Positions 15,252-15,941 of a DNA stretch of 15,941 nt are shown piece after piece; within the stretch, counting starts at the first letter, position 1; each line of letters opens with the position of its first letter. This DNA comes from Chitinivibrionales bacterium. GTDB taxonomy: Bacteria > Fibrobacterota > Chitinivibrionia > Chitinivibrionales > WJKA01. Where the stretch lies: contig WJKA01000260.1 of NCBI GenBank assembly GCA_014729375.1, positions 1 through 15,941 on the forward strand, in the 5' to 3' direction. The position numbers and the translations under genes are program-made. Below the pieces are notes generated by a model. It worked only from the letters and a program-made list of their open reading frames with translations, searched no databases and was not told the origin of the DNA.

Positions 15252-15599
15252 AATATAAAATATTCGCCCTGTTTGCTTACTAATTAAAAAAAATAAATTA
15301 AATGAATAATTATAACATGTAGCATATCTTGATACCTGTATGCATGCTGCCGACACGGCAATGTACATATTTTGAATGAATAGTAACGAATAAGGTGGGC
15401 CGGTTTCGTCCATAGGGCAATTTTTGTACAATATTTCTGATTTAATGTCCTCGCTGTTTTAAAACAATACGATCGCACCCGAATTGGAATAAATAGAGTA
15501 GCAGGTTAATTATGTCAACTATTTCTTGTTGTTGAATACTGCTGATTTGTGTATATTTACTGATGCCTTTTTACTGAACACCCCCCTTCGTCCTCGGAT

Positions 15600-15627
15600 T
15601 CCTCCCCCTTTACCCCGAGGGGGAGGA
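15600..15627 (-). terminator. 9-bp stem hairpin (TCCTCCCCC-10 nt-GGGGGAGGA) 28 nt downstream of the minus-strand partial gene; no U-tract
   Basis: Seen directly. It is embedded in a polypyrimidine/polypurine mirror tract (ccccccttcgtcctc ... gaggaggaggggg). Confidence 0.35.
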
Positions 15628-15654
15628 GGAGGGGGAACCAATCCTGCATCCGGC

Positions 15655-15941
15655 TCAATAATTCTTGAAATTAAACGTGAGTCCCAGTGCCATTGTCTGT
15701 TTCAACTGGACATCATTTTTATAGGTGTCCGGCTGTTTGTCCCTGTCATAGACAAGCTGTAAATACAGATTAAGCATTATAAGCCGGGTAAAATTGATAT
15801 TCAGGCTGTTTTCCCAGTTAATATCCGGATACCGCCAATCTGCTGCCGTGGTATTATCGTCCGGATTGGCCTCCGCCAGTCCCTCGTAGTCATCCTGATC
15901 GGAATACAATAAAGCTTCATACACCCTCAGGAGGCTTGAAA
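15655..15941 (-). CDS. 3' end (partial; start lies beyond window) of a probable outer-membrane protein
   Basis: The C-terminus ...MALGLTFNFKNY* ends in an alternating aromatic/hydrophobic pattern with a terminal Y, as in beta-barrel OMPs. The ORF runs to the window edge and is rich in D/N/Y/W. Family unknown. Confidence 0.4.
   Translation of the reverse strand, partial: SSLLRVYEALLYSDQDDYEGLAEANPDDNTTAADWRYPDINWENSLNINFTRLIMLNLYLQLVYDRDKQPDTYKNDVQLKQTMALGLTFNFKNY

Noticed and set aside
15036-15478. ORFs 15036..15431(-) and 15284..15478(-)
   Set aside because: They lie in the AT-rich promoter region of the PA14 gene, give low-complexity Y/F/N/I-rich translations, and the first overlaps the PA14 gene start.
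1-15941. Looked for CRISPR arrays, tRNA/rRNA/tmRNA/RNase P signatures, integrase/transposase or reverse-transcriptase genes
   Set aside because: There are no regularly spaced direct repeats with unique spacers, no tRNA-like cloverleaf anchors (TTCGA/T-loop context) and no recombinase-like ORF anywhere in the window.

Overview
This is a gene-dense bacterial window of about 48% GC with several small accessory modules. Two proteins carry type IX secretion (T9SS) C-terminal sorting domains, which suggests an FCB-group bacterium; several strong Shine-Dalgarno sites are also visible.

Content from 5' to 3':

(i) The window opens with the 3' tail of an Rhs/YD-repeat polymorphic toxin. It shows the NPxxxDPxGL core-end motif followed by a 58-aa Cys-rich tip. 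Downstream lie a candidate membrane immunity ORF and an orphan YD-repeat fragment.

(ii) A ~180-bp region of dyad symmetry follows. Its ~40-bp arms are built from ACGGAT units phased every 9-10 bp around an AT-rich core. It is MITE-like or iteron-like.

(iii) A minus-strand operon encodes a small polytopic membrane protein and a B12-binding (class B) radical SAM enzyme. The two genes overlap as ATGA.

(iv) This operon is transcribed divergently from a predicted plus-strand operon of about 6.9 kb. Back-to-back near-consensus sigma70 promoters and a near-palindromic operator sit between them.

(v) The plus-strand operon encodes, in order: a YtrA-like GntR regulator, a stomatin/SPFH membrane protein, a possible 66-aa coupled small ORF, a LolD/MacB-type ABC ATPase, two FtsX/LolC-E-type permeases, a secreted LolA-like protein and an outer-membrane beta-barrel. 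This reads as a self-contained trans-envelope export or shuttle module without a membrane-fusion protein or TolC. It is my best candidate for an undescribed system here.

(vi) A 468-bp repeat-rich intergenic leader follows.

(vii) Next is an 863-aa beta-helix + PA14 + T9SS-CTD secreted protein.

(viii) A 350-bp GC-rich non-coding island follows, then a perfectly SD-primed 9-codon ORF and a rho-independent terminator.

(ix) A convergent PA14 protein with a T9SS CTD is encoded on the minus strand.

(x) The window ends in the 3' end of a minus-strand outer-membrane-like gene.

No CRISPR array, tRNA or rRNA is seen.
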